Of a DNA stretch of 64,000 nucleotides, positions 61,301 through 64,000 are shown in pieces. The notes under the pieces were generated by a model, which was not told the DNA's origin, did no database searches, and saw only the letters and a list, made by a program, of their open reading frames with translations. Position 1 is the stretch's first letter. Each line of letters starts with the position of its first letter. The translations under genes and the position numbers were made by a program. Source of the DNA: the human T2T-CHM13v2.0 reference genome, Homo sapiens; the NCBI RefSeq assembly GCF_009914755.1, contig NC_060937.1; one strand, given 5' to 3'.

Positions 61301-64000
61301 ATCAAACTACCCAAACTATACATTATATACTGTACATAAAATATGACATTACATCAAATATATATTATATTAGCTACATAAAATATGAAAGTACATCAGA
61401 TATAGATTATATACTGTACATAAAATATCAAAGTACCCCAAAGATATATTATATACTCTACATGAAATATCAAAGTTCACAAACTATATATTATATACTG
61501 TACATAAAATATCAAAGTACACAAGGTATATATTCTATACTGTACAAAAAATATCAAAGTACCCAAAGCATGTATTATATACTGTATACAAAATATGAAA
61601 ATACATTAAATATATAATTTATTCTGTACATAAAATATCAAAGTACACCAGATATGTATTCTATAGTGTACATAAAATAACAAAGTACACAAACTATAAA
61701 TTATATACTGTACGTAAAATATGAAATTACATCAAATATATATTAGGTACATAAAATATGAAAGTACATCAAATATAGATTATATACTGTACATATAATA
61801 TCAATGTACCCCAAATATATATTTTATGCTGTACATGAAATATCAAAGTTCACAAACCATACATTATATACTGTACATAAAATATCACAGTACCCAAGGT
61901 ATATATTCTATACTGTACGAAAAATATCAAAGTACCCAAAGCATGTATTATATACTGTACCTAAAATATGAAAGTTCATCAAATATATATTTTATTCTGT
62001 ACATAAAATATCAAAGTACACCAGATATATATTCTATAGTGTACATAAAATATCAAAGTACCCAAACTATACATTATATACTGTACATAAAATATGAAAT
62101 TACATCAAATATATTTTATATTAGGTACATAAAATATGAAAGTACATCAAATATAGATTATATACTGTACATTAAATAACAAAGTTCCCCAAATATATAT
62201 TTTATACTGTGCATGAAATATCAAAGTTCACAAACTATATATTATATACTGTACATATAATATCAAAGTACCCAAGGTATATATTCTATACTGTACAAAA
62301 AATAACAAAGTACCAAAAGCATGTATAATATACTGTACATAAAATATGAAAGTACATCAAATATATATTTTATTCTGTACATAAAATATCAAAGTACACC
62401 AGATATATATTCTATAGTGTACATAAAATATCAAAGTACCCAAACTATACATTATATACTGTAAATAAAATATGAAATTACATCAAATATATTTTATATT
62501 AGGTACATAAAATATGAAAGTACATCAAATATATATTTTATTCTGTACATAAAATATCAAAGTACACCAGATATATATTCTATAGTGTACATAAAATATC
62601 AAAGTACCCAAACTATACATTATATACTGTACATAAAATATGAAATTACATCAAATATATTTTATATTAGGTACATAAAATATGAAAGTACATCAAATAT
62701 AGATTATATACAGTACATTAAATACCAAAGTACCCCAAATATATATTTTATACTGTACATGAAATATCAAAGTTCACAAACTATATATTATATACTGTAC
62801 ATATAATATCAAAGTACCCAAGGTATATATTCTATACTGTACAAAAAATATCAAAGTACCCAAAGCATGCATTATATAGTATATATAAAATATGAAAATA
62901 CATTAAATATATATTTTATTCTGTACATAAAATATCAAACTACACCAGATATATATTCTATAGTGTACATAAAATAACAAAGTACACAATCTATAAATTA
63001 TATACTGTACGTAAAATATGAAATTACATCAAATATATATTAGGTACATAAAATATGAAAGTACATCAAATATAGATTATATACTGTACATATAATATCA
63101 ATGTACCCCAAATATATATTTTAAACTCTACATGAAATATCAAAGTTCACAAACCATATATTATATACTGTACATAAAATATCAAAGTACCCAAGGTATA
63201 TATTCTATACTGTACAAAAAATATCAAAGTACCCAAAGCATGTATTATATACTGTACATAAAATATGAAAGTACATCAAATATATATTTTATTCTGTACA
63301 TAAAATATCAAAGTACACCAGATATATATTCTATAGTGTACATAAAATATCAAAATACCCAAACTATACATTATATACTGTACATAAAATATGAGATTAC
63401 ATCAAATATATATTATATTAGGTACATAAAATATGAAAGCACATAAAATATAGATTATATACTGTACATTAAATACCAAAGTACCCCAAATATATATTTT
63501 ATACTGTACATCAAATATAAAAGTTCACAAACCATATATTACATACTGTACATAAAATATCAAAGTACCCAAGGTATATATTCTATACTGTACAAAAAAT
63601 ATCAAAGTACCCAAAGCATGTATTATATACTGTACATAAAATATGAAAGTACATCAAATATATATTTTATTCTGTACATAAAATATCAAAGTACACCAGA
63701 TATATATTCTATAGTGTACATAAAATATCAAAGTACCCAAACTATACATTATATACTGTACATAAAATATGAGATTACATCAAATATATATTATATTAGC
63801 TACATAAAATATGAAAGTACATCAGATATAGATTATATACTGTACATAAAATATCAAAGTGCCCCAAATATATATTATATACTCTACATGAAATATCAAA
63901 GTTCACAAACTATATATTATATACTGTACATAAAATATCAAAGTACCCAAGGTATATATTCTATACTGTACAAAAAATATCAAAGTACCCAAAGCATGTA
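55360..64000 (+). repeat. Long-range duplicate of ~34500-43900 (offsets 20856, 19727, 20105)
   Basis: ORF offsets 35408/56264, 36158/57014 and 37082/57938 = 20856. The AAATTTGAAAG marker at 39431/59158 gives 19727. 39615/59720, 40709/60814, 42480/62585 and 43027/63132 = 20105, with private variants TGTTCAAAA, CCCCAAAGAT, ATAGTATATA and AAGTGCCCC shared. Confidence 0.88.

Larger units (their letters stand above)
1..64000 (+). repeat. HSat1A (SAR / classical satellite I) tandem array, 42-bp monomer, pericentromeric or acrocentric-type satellite
   Basis: Seen: a monomer such as TGTACATAAAATATCAAAGTACCCAAACTATACATTATATAC (42 bp) repeats end to end over the whole window. GTAC sites alternate at 17 bp (GTACATAAAATATCAAA) and 25 bp (GTACCCAAACTATACATTATATACT). 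Established: this is the RsaI 17+25 structure of human satellite I / HSat1A. The chromosome of origin cannot be read from the sequence alone. Confidence 0.97.

Noticed and set aside
38-63446. About 100 plus-strand ORFs encoding Tyr/Ile/Lys-rich 14-aa repeats (up to 346 aa, e.g. 3005-4045, 27112-28086)
   Set aside because: They are translations of a 42-bp satellite whose length is divisible by 3. Stops and 1-bp/5-bp frameshifts are freely amplified, and there is no unique domain, promoter or splice context. They are not supported as CDS.
1-64000. CRISPR-like look: conserved GTACATAAAATAT(C/G)AAA alternating with variable ~25-bp segments
   Set aside because: The variable segments are homologous to one another and cycle through nine types rather than being unique spacers. 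There is no leader and no cas gene, and the sequence matches primate HSat1A.
1-64000. Alpha satellite, CENP-B boxes, HSat2/3 or HSat1B
   Set aside because: I saw no 171-bp monomer, no TTCG....A..CGGG box, no CATTC repeats and no Alu-containing 2.4-kb unit.
1-64000. TATA-like boxes (TATAAA) and short palindromes (TGTACA, ATATATAT) as promoters or hairpins
   Set aside because: They are expected by chance in such AT-rich periodic DNA. I saw no long inverted repeat or downstream gene.
1-64000. Origin from an AT-rich microbe or organelle encoding a repeat surface protein
   Set aside because: There is no unique flanking sequence or intact long reading frame, and the 17+25 RsaI structure with a 378-bp HOR is diagnostic of HSat1A.

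Overview
The whole 64-kb window is one uninterrupted, single-orientation, very AT-rich tandem array. It is recognisable as human (or great-ape) Satellite 1A (HSat1A, RepBase SAR, classical satellite I). The 42-bp monomer consists of alternating 17-bp and 25-bp RsaI (GTAC) sub-units, and nine monomer types are ordered into a 378-bp higher-order repeat (HOR). I found no genes, RNA genes, transposon insertions, inversions or CRISPR arrays. The ORF track is an artefact of a 42-bp (14-codon) unit with one largely stop-free frame, but it works as a barcode for monomer order. The notable content is a nested architecture above the 378-bp HOR: a 373-bp variant (5-bp deletion), three different 546-bp 13-mer variants, a 924-bp module, a ~3350-bp super-unit with length variants, recent tandem duplications with periods of 4673, 1461, 5151 and 4274 bp, and dispersed duplications offset by ~5.7 kb and ~20 kb. 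Some marker patterns suggest gene conversion. I see no evidence for a new gene-based system. All offsets were derived by hand from ORF coordinates and diagnostic variants, and block boundaries are approximate.
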